DNA from: Epiperipatus broadwayi
Taxonomy: Eukaryota > Animalia > Onychophora
Reading direction: 5' to 3'
Length of the DNA: 64,000 bases
NCBI GenBank assembly: GCA_028023455.1
Contig: JAQFVV010000010.1
Location: 7,874,001-7,938,000, forward strand
Every line of letters begins with the position of its first letter. The first letter of the stretch is position 1. Of the stretch, positions 1 to 12,249 are shown in pieces. The notes beneath the pieces were generated by a model. The model had not been told where the DNA came from, did no database searches, and worked only from the letters and a program-made list of their open reading frames with translations. The position numbers and the translations under genes are program-made.

Positions 1-108
1 CTGGCATCCATTGATTACTCTGTTTGGCACAGGGTGGCACTACTGTATGGAGAGTTTTGCCTTTGTTTACAACAATTATGTGCTAGTATAGAGATGGTGA
101 TCATGTGA
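1..108 (+). mobile_element. 3' end of an F1 hammerhead-repeat unit, cut by the window edge
   Basis: Matches the 3' part of the F1 unit seen at 2196-2266, 12296-12362 and 42100-42207 (ctggcatccattgattactctg...gagatggtgatcatgtgat). Confidence 0.9.
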
Positions 109-561
109 TATTATTTCTAATCATTGAAGCAATAAGCTTTGCAAATAGCAACTTTACTAGATCAATTATGACATCATATTTGAATTGTTAAAGCATTTGT
201 GAAATGTTTGATATTATTAATTTCAACAGCATGTAAACAGCTTTTATATTTAATTCATTATTTTACTGTAATAGATCTATCATAGGATCTTATTTGAATG
301 TTAAAGCATTAGCAAAATGTTTATTTGATATTTTTGCCATTTATTTTTCTATTCTATTACGAATCGAATTGCATTTAAAAATTGGCAACCAGAAAAGTAG
401 TCTTATTTGATAATTCATTACTTTAAACAAATAAATAATCAAACAAATTAATTGCTCAGGAATTTTTAAGTTTATCTTCAAGTGCTAGAACTGGATGCAA
501 TCCATAAACCTTAAATTTCAAAGTTTGCCATCTACAACTGTACAAAACCATACAGGATATA

Positions 562-920
562 AACAATGAGGATTGCCAATTCCTCAACAAGCTTTGTGAT
601 AAATGCTTAGCTAGAGAAAGCATTTAGATTATCTCTGTCAGGATCCCCCCTCCCCAAACCTCTGACCATGGTTTCATGCTCTGGCACTTCTCAGGTGCTA
701 GGGTAGGTTTAGACACTAGACCCTAGTACCTCTGAGGTGTGCCAGAGCATGAAACCATGGTCAGAGGTATGGGGGGAGGGTCCTGACAGATATTCTAAAT
801 GCTTTCTCTAGCTAAGCATTTATCACAAAGCTTGTTGAGGAATTGGCAAACCTTATTGTTTATAACTTACAAGCTTAAGAGAATAGGGTCATGTGATCTA
901 CGACTCTTATTTTGACTATT
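562..920. mobile_element. F2 hammerhead-repeat insertion: inverted arm plus forward arm, both HHRs decayed
   Basis: 562-720 is the reverse complement of 721-865. The HHR cores are mutated (CTGAGAA at 658-697 minus; CTGAGGT at 728-768 plus). Flanking direct repeat CATA(C/T)AGGATATA at 549-561 and 921-933. Confidence 0.85.
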
Positions 921-1560
921 CATATAGGATATACTTTGAACAACTGACATATTAAAAACTAACTTATGACTATTATTTAAAATTTGGATCATTATTTTAT
1001 TCTGGTCCGATATTTCAGCATCCTTTACCTGTTTCACCATATATTTTTTATGCTTATCAATATGCTATTAATTTTAATACATATCCTGTATATAATAATA
1101 TCTTGTTTCCAGCTTCTTTTTTTTTATGTTGTTACATGAACAAACATATATCTGTTGCTTTTTCTGGCATTTTGATAATAATATCATTTTTTTAGTCTAA
1201 GAAGAATCTTAAAGTAATTCATTGACTATCACTAATGTCTTCTATTCTTTTTGATATTTTATCATGTAAGTTCAATTAGAAGTGGTCAATCAAATGGCAA
1301 ATTGTTTTTCAAACCGTTAAGAGTTTTGTAAATATGATTCAAGAAAAAAAATAATGTTCTTTAAATATTAACTTCTTTAAATATTAAAAAAATCAATTAT
1401 ATAATATTTATTAAGTATTCTTTCATTAAATAATAAATATTTTTTGTAAGCTATACTTGGATGAAAGATTTCTTCCTTTCCTTTTTTTTTTTTGTTGTTG
1501 CAAACTTATTACAATATATTAAATTTATATTAAATTATTTTTACTCCTGCACATATATAT

Positions 1561-1695
1561 CATCGGAGTTCAGTTTAGATTAAGATAGTGGTACGGATGG
1601 CTGAAGAGTTGGAGGGAAGCCTGTCCATTAAAGTTTGAAGATTTTCTATTTTAATATAAACTGAGCGCTGATTATATAATAGTATATATGTGTGG
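1561..1695 (+). mobile_element. F3 repeat, fragment upstream of the HHR (no ribozyme)
   Basis: Reverse-complement match to 5660-5771 (ggatggctgaagagttgg...cctgtccattaaagt...aatataaactgagc). Confidence 0.8.
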
Positions 1696-1862
1696 ACAAA
1701 ATATATATATTTAAATTATTTTTTTATAATATGGACAATTATTTTACTTATAAATGCATATAAACATTTCCTTGGATCAATTTATTATATATTTCACTTA
1801 TATGTGTGTATCTAGAAGTGTACAGATATAAAAGAAAAAAAAATACTTATAATAAATGGTCT

Positions 1863-2266
1863 AAAACCACTAAACATCACATGATCACTATCTCATACTA
1901 GCACGTAATTGTTATTAAACAAGGCAAAACTCTCTGCATACAGTAGTGCCACCCTGTGACTATATAAGCTATTGAGCTTAGATTGAAAATATTATTGTGT
2001 TTTCAATTTCATTCTCATAGTTTTGTAGTTAAGTAGAGATAAAAGGTGGTTGCTGGAGGGTTGCATTAGATCCTAAGATCTAGGTGCAGTGCTCTCAGAT
2101 CCAAGGCTCCTCACTGATGATGGCCACAAGCCAGAAACTAGTCTGGGGATATTGGATGAGTAGGCATTAGATAGAGATTTTATGCACAAGCCTTCTGGCA
2201 TCCATTGATTACTCTGATTGGCACAGGGTGGCACTACTGTATGGAGAGAGTTTTGCCTTGTTTAAC
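1863..2266. mobile_element. F1 insertion: inverted 3'-end arm (1863-1958) plus 5'-truncated forward unit (1959-2266)
   Basis: The arms are reverse complements over the gcacagggtggcactactgtat...ttgccttgttta segment. TSD AAATGGTCT at 1854-1862 and 2267-2275. Confidence 0.9.
2108..2149 (+). ncRNA. Type I hammerhead ribozyme (F1), intact
   Basis: TCCTCA-CTGATGA-TGGC-CACAA-GCCA-GAAA-CTAGTC^-TGGGGA: 6-bp helix I (one G.U), canonical core, 4-bp helix II, palindromic ACTAGT helix III, GUC triplet. Confidence 0.9.
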
Positions 2267-3433
2267 AAATGGTCTCATCGTTATTTCAACACTGAACAAA
2301 AAGTTTTCTCTCAAATGATTTCACTAATCTTTGTTACACAATATTCTTGGCTAATGACTGTTCTGTATGTTTATTAAAATTCATCTTGCCATTTTCTCTA
2401 TTCTTTTTTCTATTCATTTTGTAGATAATTGGCTCTATTTTAGGATCAGTTTCATTCTAATCATTATGTTTCTTGTAAAGAATCTTTACTCCTATTTATT
2501 TCGATTAAGATCATGTTTCTGACTAAATTTTTGATTCATATACCATGTGTTTACTTCTTTTTGCACAGAGATTAGTTGTTTTTTTTTGGTTTTAAAAGTA
2601 TCACCATTCAGATATACCATACTATAAGGGATTGTGGGATTTATCTATGTATTGAAGTGCTTTATTTTTCAAATCTATAAGTAATTTTTTTATAGCATTC
2701 TTCTTAATTTAATTTTTTAAATTACAATTATTATGTAAATGGTCTCATGGAGTACAGTGACCAGTGCATTTGTTATACTAAGACTTAGAATTCAAGTTCA
2801 CCAGAGGAAGGGCAGGATTAGGATTTTTCTTTTAGGTAACCGGCCATATCTAACCTAAGAAGCCACCTGGTATTGGTCAGTGAAAGAATGTTTATTATTA
2901 TTAGGTAGATATTCATTTATCTGGGTAAATCTGGATTGGGCAGATGAGTATTAATGAAATAATTATAGAAAACAAAATATAATTATGATATGATGCAGTC
3001 TTGCTAGTAGAGAGGCATCACATTCTTAGAGTCTGTGATTTTCTTTACATTTATTGTAAATAAATACATTGGCAAAATAAGAGATTCATAAGCATGCACC
3101 AAACAATATATATATATATCCATTTATTATTACAAATATCTTTTCATTACAATCAAGTTAAATGATCATCCAATATGAATGAAATACACTTCTATTCAAA
3201 CTAATCATCTTTAAAACATATTTAAACAAGCAGATTTAATTATTATTATCCTGAAAAAGGGTATGACTATTTCCGTAAATATTTTTTCCGTTATCATTTT
3301 TGAAATGAATAAATATTACAAATTATTTTAAAATCGTTCTAAAAAACTTAATTAAAGAATGGAATTTTATTTGATATGGGAAAAAGTAGTTAACTTGCAA
3401 TATTAATTATTAATATATTGCACAGGCTAAAAA

Positions 3434-3722
3434 CTGCATTTATATATGTAATATAGGCGGGATTCGAACTCAGACTTTCACACTACCCACTAATCTCAGT
3501 GCCATCTCATATTGTTGACCCACCTGATCACACACATGTTGAAAAGATAAATAATCACCAATATAGGTATTTCATGCTAAACCAGCAATCACCAATTGGG
3601 ACAGATTACTATCCTCACACACATATATAATCAGTGCTCAGCTTTATATTAAGATAGCCAATCCTCATACTTTAATGGACAGGCTTCAAACTATTCCAAC
3701 TCACAACTCTTCAGCCTTCCAT
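3434..3722 (-). mobile_element. F3 hammerhead-repeat copy, HHR core decayed
   Basis: Colinear with 5497-5760 and 54136-54310. HHR remnant at about 3557-3600. B-box-like GAGTTCGAATCCC on the minus strand at 3459-3471. Confidence 0.8.
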
Positions 3723-4057
3723 TTATTAAATAATATTTATTATAAAAAAAAAATTCAAAAGATACAATAAATTATTCTACAAATACAAAAACATTTTGTA
3801 CAATTTATATAATGGTTATCATTTATTAAAAATATTACTAAACACATGAATATGAATGTTCTAGAAGTTAATTGTGCTTCTTTCAAGCCTTAAAGTTGGT
3901 AACAGATTGCCAAGTAACAGTGAAGCATAAGAACTCCATTCTTGTTTAATTGTACTTTAAGAATCGGACTAGAAATATTTGTTGACAAAATATTTTTACA
4001 TTGGCCTAAGTGCTCAAGATATTGTATTTGTATAAAAAAATTTTTTCCAGAACTAAA

Positions 4058-4420
4058 TCATCATCAACCGTTATCAATCCACTGCAGGATGAAGGTCTCT
4101 CCAAGTTCAATCCATTTTCTCTGATCTTTAGCTTCTCTTTTTCACATCACCCCTACACACTTTCTTATTTCATCCATTCATCTCACATGTGCTCTCTTTC
4201 TGGGTCTTTTACAATCTCTTGCAATCCAATTCAAGATTTTAATTGTCCATCTATTATCAGCTCTTCTAGCAATATGTCCAGCCCAACTCCACTTCAATCT
4301 TTTAATTTTTCAATGAGGTCAGTAACACCTGTTTTGTTCTCTTACCCATATATTGCGTTTTCGATCTCTTCTTACTACCCCCAACATGCATCTCTCCATA
4401 CTTCTTTGAGTAGTCTGAAC
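4058..4420 (-). mobile_element. RTE-clade LINE, 3' fragment
   Basis: Closely similar to 40786-41150, whose minus-strand ORF carries RTE C-terminal motifs. Ends in a (TGA)n-type tail. Confidence 0.85.
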
Positions 4421-5496
4421 TACTAATTATAAAGATATAATTCTAAGAAAACCTATGAAAACAGAGTTGGAATATTTATAACAACTGGCAAAAATTTTTT
4501 ATGGTATGGTATGTATTCAGTTGGTGATAAGAATTAATGAGGCAGCTCTAAATATCGAGATACAATGAAGGTCATCAAGCAATAGCAAACTACCACTGAT
4601 GATGATTATTGAACATGGTACCATATTTCTGATTATCTCAAAAGATTTCAAGGCAGAGCACTTAACCAATATATATATTTTACATCTTAATCATCTCAGA
4701 ATTAATCTTTGCAGAATATTTGTCAATAAATCAAATAACATTGAAACAGATTATTATATGTATACAGACACACAAAAGAAATTTGAAAATAGGAGTTCCT
4801 ATTTTTATCAAAATAATTTTTTTATATCGAGTTGGTAAAAAAAGTTTTTGTTAAGATTTAATATGAATTCATATAATTTAATATTTTATGAAAAATGCTA
4901 AAAATATAAAAACAATTTCATACTTAATGACCAGTTATAGAGATCTAAAATGCACTACCAATAGAAACAACTATTTGATAGTAGCCACTATATGTTTTGA
5001 GATAAATAATATTTGCTTAATTCAGTTTTGCAGTGCAATTTTATTGCTATCTATCATATATTAACTCAATGAGAAACATCAGATACTATTAAAGGTTGAT
5101 TTATTCATATTTGTTTGTATGCATTAATGATCTTCAAATAAATTTTATTGCTTATCGCATATATTATAATCTTAATTATTGAAGTCATTCTGCTGTATAA
5201 TGGTTTACTATACTCCATGTAAGTATGAGAACAAGCAAAATAGTTTATGATTTTTCTGCATAATATTTTTGTTTTTAATGCTGTAAGACCATTGCCCCTT
5301 AAATTTATTGTAACCTTTGTTTAAATGACAATTCACATATCCATTAACTTTATTTTTTACAGGCATATATTATGTTCTTTCATTCAATGGCATAATCTAA
5401 TTTAAAAATTAAAAACCAATCCTTTTTACCATAACGTGTCAGTGTAAATTGTCATGTTAAAAAATAGTTTCACAAAAAGATAGTGATTAAAAATAA

Positions 5497-5805
5497 ATAT
5501 AGGGGATTTGAACTCAGACTTTCAAGCCCCTTCACCATCCACACTATCTCATACGACTGATGCACATGACCACACACATGCAGAAAAGATAATCACCAAT
5601 ATATGTATTTTGTGCTAAACCAGCACTCATCAGTTGGTCTAGATTACCATCTCCCATACATATATATAATCAGTGCTCAGTTTATATTAAGATAGCAAAT
5701 CCTTACACTTTAATGGACAGGTTTCAATCTACTCCAACTCTTCAGCCATCCATACCATTGAAAGTCCGATGATAGAATTCCCAAATCCCATGCTGATGCA
5801 AATCT
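5497..5805 (-). mobile_element. F3 hammerhead-repeat insertion with TSD
   Basis: Exact 13-bp direct repeat TGATTAAAAATAA at 5484-5496 and 5806-5818. Homologous to the 1.6, 3.5 and 54.2 kb copies. Confidence 0.85.
5595..5638 (-). ncRNA. Type I hammerhead (F3) with a G12>A core mutation
   Basis: ACCAA-CTGATGA-GTGCT-GGTTT-AGCAC-AAAA-TACATATA^-TTGGT. Helix I extends GGTAATC/GATTATC beyond a TAG bulge. Confidence 0.75.
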
Positions 5806-6166
5806 TGATTAAAAATAACTAAAATGATGTTCAGATTCCATATAACATTTTTTTGCTTTATTTCTGGATAATTAATTGTCACATTTGATCTTAGGAGTTT
5901 TTCATTAATAAATGTTTGGTTAGCAATTTGAAGGATAAATAATTATTTGCTTAAATGCAATATAATGACTATTTAATCAATAAAAATAATCTCTAATAAT
6001 AAATTATATGCTCTCTTTTTGAAGTTTTTTTTTTTTAGAAATATGCATTCATCATTAGAGTTGAGAATTATGCTGACTTTCATTTTTATTTTTGGAGTCC
6101 CTGTGTTGTCTATTTATGGCATCTATGAAATTTGCTTATTTTTCTGACAATCTTAAGCTTATCATA

Positions 6167-6784
6167 AATAGTCAAAATAAGAGTCAAAGATCCAATTCAT
6201 AGATCACATGACCCTATCTCTTAAGCTTGTAAGTTATAAACAGTGAGGATTGCCACATGACCCTATCTCTTAAGCTTGTAAGTTATAAACAGTGAGAATT
6301 GCCAATTCCTCTACAAGCTTGTAGAGGAATTGGCAATCCTCACTGTTTATAACTTACAAGCTTAAGAGATAGGGTCATGTGATCCATGAATTGGATCTTT
6401 GACTCTTATTTTGACTATTTATAGTCTCTGCCAAAAGTCTTATGCAATTTTTATGTTGCTATGACTACTAATATATGGTATGGCTGAAGATCTATCAGCC
6501 CCATATAGCTATTTGAGTTGGATAGCTGGGTTTGAAGACATGTAGATGTCTGAAAATTTCAGATTTTCCACTCAATAGATAACTTTTAGATAAGTGATTG
6601 GCTTTGGGTTGGTATTTTTAGATCTAGTGTCTGAACCTACCCTGACACCTCTCTGAGGAGTGCCAAAGCACGAAACCATGGTCAGGGGTTTGGGGAGGGG
6701 TTCCTGACAGAGATATTTTAAGTGCTGGCTCTGGCTAAGCATTTATCATAAAGCTTGTAGAGGAATTGGCAATCCTCACCATTT
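6167..6784. mobile_element. F2 insertion: inverted arm (6167-6317) plus just over one forward unit (period 436 bp)
   Basis: aagcttgtagaggaattggcaatcctcac recurs at 6315 and 6751. Exact 14-bp TSD TTAAGCTTATCATA at 6153-6166 and 6785-6798. Confidence 0.92.
6647..6689 (+). ncRNA. Type I hammerhead ribozyme (F2), intact
   Basis: ACCTCT-CTGAGGA-GTGC-CAAA-GCAC-GAAA-CCATGGTC^-AGGGGT: helix I 6 bp, helix II 4 bp, palindromic ACCATGGT helix III, GUC triplet. Confidence 0.92.
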
Positions 6785-8850
6785 TTAAGCTTATCATATC
6801 TCTAAAATAAATGATTCATTGTTAGATTATGAAAATTGTGCCATATTCTTCATCATCAGTCCTAAGGATATAATTATTTTTAAATTTATATTTGCCTGCC
6901 ACTATTATGTGTTTAATATGGAATTAGTAGTAACATGTCACTTTGTCAGTATATGCATTTGTAAGAAAAAAATAATATCACAATTCACAGAATTGATTTT
7001 CACTTAATTATAGGGATCTGCTCCCTGATTTTCCATTTTTATAAGATGCTATTATATAGAAACAAAGGGCATTTTGATATACATTGTATAGTAGATTTTT
7101 GCTTCAAAATATACTTTATGAAAATATCCGCTTTTTTGTTTTTGGACAAAAATAAAAACTTTGTAATTATTCCACTATATTCATATTATAAATAAACATT
7201 CATGACCAACAGTGAACTTTTTTGAATGAAATTGTGTTTCCATCTGCCCAAGAATTTTTATTGCATTGACATTTGTATAATTGGTAAAGTATTATAATAA
7301 AAATTTAATGATCCATATGTGTAGCAGCATTAGAGGTAGATGTCGTTAGCATTGAATTGTTGATGTAGTAATTTTACAAAGCGGTAATTGTACGATTCTG
7401 CTAGAATAGCACCCAATGTCTTGTGCTGTCTAGCATAGAAATGTCAGACTAGGAGCTAAAAAAAGTGCAACCCCTTATTCCTAGGACTCTTTTCTTTGCA
7501 ATGCATCATTTTATAATAATACATTGTTTACAGAAAGTCTTCCCACTGTTTCCTTTTGACTTCTAATGAAGATATTAATGTTATTAATATTGCCATAAGT
7601 CATCTGCAACTATTTCTATATTATGGACATGTCTTCAGATTTAGTATTTATCAGGACAGCTAACATTAATTCATATCAGTTGTGGTTGGGTAAGCTTCAT
7701 TTCTTATGGTTTTGATTTTACTGACAGGTAAATGATATTTTTAAAACATTTTAAGTAAACACTGATATAAAAATTCAAGTGACAACAAAAGTCTTCCACA
7801 AAGCATGTTTTATTTTTTATATTTGTATAACAAAGTAAAATGTTTGACATATTGTAATTAGAAATCAAAACTTTTCTAGCCTAAACTCTTGCATATGGAT
7901 AGTCGAGTACACATTAAACCTTGAAATAATGTGTGCATACATATTATACACACACATTTTTAAAACTCCATTGCAGAATGAAAGTTTCTCATAAATATAG
8001 ATTAATATTTCCCCAAATAACACAAAATATGAAAAGCTGGTCAAATAACAATGGCAAATAATCCCAATAGTTGAGGTAATCTGTAATGTTTGGCAACTAC
8101 TCATTAACTTTTCCTTTAAAAAGAGAAAGAAATCAGGCAGATCTTTATAGGTAAGATATAAAATTTATGCCAATTGTTGCCTTTGACAGAATAGCTTAGT
8201 TGATTATAACATCATTTTAAATTCAATATTTAAGAATCTAAGTCACTGATTTAATTCCCATGCTAGTAATGATACTGGTGAAGCCAAAAACACTTGAAGA
8301 GAAGAGAATAATTCAAAACATTGTGCTTTATACTAATCATGATGCTATACTTACAATAGAATGTATTTGGAAAAATATAAATAAAATTTAAACTTTTCTA
8401 ATAACATTATGTAAAATGTCATCATTACAAATTATCATAAGTTTATTATATATAAGTATATATGCATAGGATACTGCATATCTGTGTGTGTATATACAGA
8501 AAGAGAAGATAAAAAAATTAAGGTTTTGTATAAAATAATTATGTAAAATATATAATATATACATATAGTCAATATATAATACAATATATTTGTTTTTTAT
8601 AATTTTCACTTAGATATTTTCATCTAAGAATGTTATATATTGAATAGAGACAAAATTGCTTCACAACATATTTTGGAAGTGATTGTTAAATGCTACTTTC
8701 AGTGTGTCCTGATAACATTATGCAGCTAAGCAACCTCTGAATAGCTAAATTTAGAACAAAAAGTCCCCCCACATGCACACAGGACAGAAAGAAGTCATTT
8801 CACCAAATTTCATAATTTCTGGTTAATGAGGGCATAAATAGTTTTAGCTA

Positions 8851-8952
8851 GTCAAGCGTTGGCGGCCTAGTGATTAGTATAGCTGCCTTCCAAGCAGCTG
8901 GCTCAGGTTTGCTTCCCGGTCAATGCATTTGACACATGAAAAAAAAAAAAAG
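8851..8952 (+). mobile_element. tRNA-Gly(TCC)-derived short SINE / tRNA retropseudogene
   Basis: 8856-8927 follows eukaryotic tRNA-Gly-TCC (GCGTTGG..GCTGC CTTCCAA GCAGC..) with a decayed T-loop (TTTGCTT). It is followed by tgacacatg and poly(A). Imperfect TSD AGTT(T/C)TAGCTA. Confidence 0.85.
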
Positions 8953-11856
8953 GAGTTCTAGCTAAGAATAGTTACTTATCCATTTACTGACCAATAATGA
9001 ATATTTAACTATTTGATTCCTAAATCTGAATAACAAATATGGAGGGAAAATAAATTTTAACTGGTTAAGATTAGAAGATAGTTTATAAACATGGCTTGTT
9101 ATTTTCTTTATAATCCATCTTAATGATGAAGTAACTATTATTTTAGGATGCAGCCTTAGGCATCAGAAATTATTATAATATAATTATAGAATACTAGAAT
9201 AAACATGTAATACTATATTGTGTATTTTCTTAAATACAGAGTTACTTAAGAAGTCATTTTATTCAAGCACAACAAAGGGATGAGTGTGAAATCAATCACA
9301 CAATGTCTACATAAATGTAAATTTATATTTGCTCTTTGTAAGATATCTAGGCAAAAGATTCTGTAATCAAGCAATAAAAATTAATCATTAATAGGATAAT
9401 TTCTGTTAGATCACACACCAATTTTTTATGTTTTATTCAAAAAAATAAAATCTTACATCACTTCATAAATCATCTTATTTTTAACAAATTCTTAGAAAAA
9501 AAAAGGAAACCAATTAAGAAGATATTTGATATATTAATTTGATATAAAACATTTGCAATTTCTTAACAAATAATTATTTTTTTAAGATTTTATTTTTTTC
9601 ATTCTTATATTAAATACTAACTTAAATACTTGTTTATAGCTTGATTATCCAAAGAATCTTTATTAATATCTGCATACTATGTACATGCTGTATTCAGTTA
9701 AAAAGTTGATCTTGCTGAAGTTTGAAAGTTCCAAATATGCAAAATAATATTAAGCCTTTATACAAAACATGTAGCTGAGTGTTAAAATAACTTGCTGGTT
9801 CAATTCCTGATAAAGTGGAAAACAACTTCAGTCTATAATAATTATTCGGATTATACTTCCCTCCTGTTCTTTTGAATGGTTTTATTCCAGTTTTTTTTCC
9901 TCTAGTTTTTAAAATTTCTTATTTTTTTTTTAAAAATAATGTGCATTAATAACAGTTTTCTTGGATTATAAGTTCAAAACAGTTAATATACATTTTGTGA
10001 TGAACAATTGCTTTGTAAGGATATTTAAGATTAATAATCTGTATTTCCACTCCTTAGCTTTGAATAGTTTATCCAAAAGGTCATAATCATATGATTCACT
10101 TAGGTTAGTAGAAGACCCAATTGTCATGAGCTTTTCATGTCATCAATCATCTCTTTGTACTAATTGTGATAATAAAATGGTGTGTTAATGCAACCACCTT
10201 TCATTGTTTAATTAGATCCACAGCAATTCTAATTCCAGTCTTTTCTTTTTTCTCTTTTTCTGAGTCAGAATGGCTCTAGTCTTACAAATGATTGCTAAAG
10301 ATAATTGATGACCTCAACTATCATTTTGATGCTCAAACTATTGACAATTTAATTTTAAAAAAAGCTTGTAAAAGGACATGATAATATTTTCATTATCTTT
10401 TTACACTAGCTTTAATTATTTTTACTTCTATTTAATGTCTTCTGCTAATTTTTCACTCAGAAGGTGATATCTGGTACATCTGCGTACACATTACTTTATA
10501 TTCCTAGTAACTATATTTTTTTGTAATGTTTTCGTATTTTTCTATAAAGACATGAAAAAACAATTGAATTTTTTACATTTTGCCTATTGATAGCGATTTA
10601 TTATCTTCAAATTTTTTTTTTTTTGCAGTTTTCTTGGTTTTTGTTTTTAATGAAGGAATAAAAAAGTTGTCTCAGAATCTTTACATTTAATGAAACTATT
10701 CCATCTTATACCAATATTGGAATTAAAATTTTTCACACTTGACATCATGATTGGACAAAGCTGATATGGAACTATTTGGTGATGTGCCTTATCGGATGTA
10801 GAGGTAGCAACAAAGTTTTTTAGTCTATAATGTAATCATTATTTAAATACAAACATATATATATAAATATATAGTAAAGTAGGTATGGATCATTCTTCAC
10901 TTTTAAAATATGTAAGTGGTGATGAAAGGCTAAATTGAGAAGAGATTAGGATGTTATCTAGTTATCATAAACATTTTCTATGCAATGCTCTAATATACTG
11001 AGTTAGTTTATGCAAAATGAGTCCCAATACAGCTAGTGGACCCACTCATCTATGTATATACATCGAAAGTTTGATGAGATTAAGTCAATTGTAGCATATC
11101 ACAATATTCTAATATATTAAACTAGAAAATAGCTTTGCCATTTTGTGATGTTGATTTTACTATAAAACTAAAGTGTTCTAGATATATTCATCTTAAGAAG
11201 GAATAAAAAGCAAAAAGTACCATATCCTTTTACAACTTTAAGATCAATATTTGTTAGCCTTTTTTTTCAAATGAGAGAAACTATTTTATTGCATCCATCC
11301 AAAATCATTTATTAACATTATTCAATTTAAATTAATAGCTTAAACTTTAAAAATTTGAATCCAAGATAACTTTCTTATTTATCAGTATTACATTGAAAAC
11401 AATTATATTTTGGTGATCTCAGTTGCAAGATATTAGCAGTCTTTTTAACGTAGGAGGGAATAGAAATCTTATAAAAATAAATTTTAATAATGCAGAATGT
11501 AACAAGATTAATTATAATATCAAATCATTTTATTTGATTATGCTAATAACAAATAGTTGTAAAAAAAAAAAAATAGTAACAAATATTTCAGCATGAAATA
11601 ATCATTATCTGTGCTATTTAATGCAAACAAAAAGTAAATACAAATTTAGTAAAAGAAATACTGGAACAATACTCTAGCATTCTAGACATAACCACTAAAC
11701 ATCACATGATCACTATCTCTTATACTAACACATAATTGTTAATAAACAAAGCAAAACTCTCCATACAATAGTGCCACCCTGTGCCAACCAGAGTAATCAA
11801 TGAAATGCCAGAAGGCTTGTGCATAAAATCCCTATCTAGTGCCTACTCATCCAATA

Positions 11857-11898
11857 TCCCCAGACTAGTTTCTGGCTTGTGGCCTTCGTCAGTGAGGA
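11857..11898 (-). ncRNA. Type I hammerhead (F1), intact core
   Basis: Reverse complement reads TCCTCA-CTGACGA-AGGC-CACAA-GCCA-GAAA-CTAGTC^-TGGGGA. Confidence 0.88.
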
Positions 11899-12207
11899 GC
11901 CTTGGATCTTAGAGCACTGCACCTAGATCTTAGAATCTAATGCAACCCTCCAGCAGCCACCTTTTAACTCTATTTAACTACAAAACTATGAGAATGAAAT
12001 TGAAAACACAATAATATTTTCAATCTAAGCTCAATAGCTTATATAGTCATATGGGTCTGAACTCAGTTCAGCACCCATACATTTTGGTGCCTTTGGCTCT
12101 TTAACAACCATAACCACCACTATCCTATTAGGCAGGATTGGTGTTAAATCACTAAACATCACATGATCACTATCTCTTATACTAGCACGAGCTCTCAGAT
12201 CCAAGGC

Positions 12208-12249
12208 TCCTCACTGACGAAGGCCATAAGCCAGAAACTAGTCAGGGGA
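12208..12249 (+). ncRNA. Type I hammerhead (F1), first helix I pair broken
   Basis: TCCTCA-CTGACGA-AGGC-CATAA-GCCA-GAAA-CTAGTC^-AGGGGA. Confidence 0.75.

Noticed and set aside
4010-4426. 138-aa Ser-rich ORF, and the plus-strand ORFs at 40825-41237
   Set aside because: Antisense reading of RTE 3' fragments.
8856-8927. Functional tRNA-Gly(TCC) gene
   Set aside because: The T-loop/B-box is mutated and the T-stem has a mismatch. A poly(A) tail, a TSD-like repeat and three sister copies indicate a retroposed SINE.
11691-12150. F1 as a Helitron/Helentron, MITE or satellite
   Set aside because: Variable 9-15-bp TSDs, variable truncation, no fixed TIRs and a conserved ribozyme fit a retroposed element better. 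The apparent terminal inverted repeats vary in length from locus to locus.
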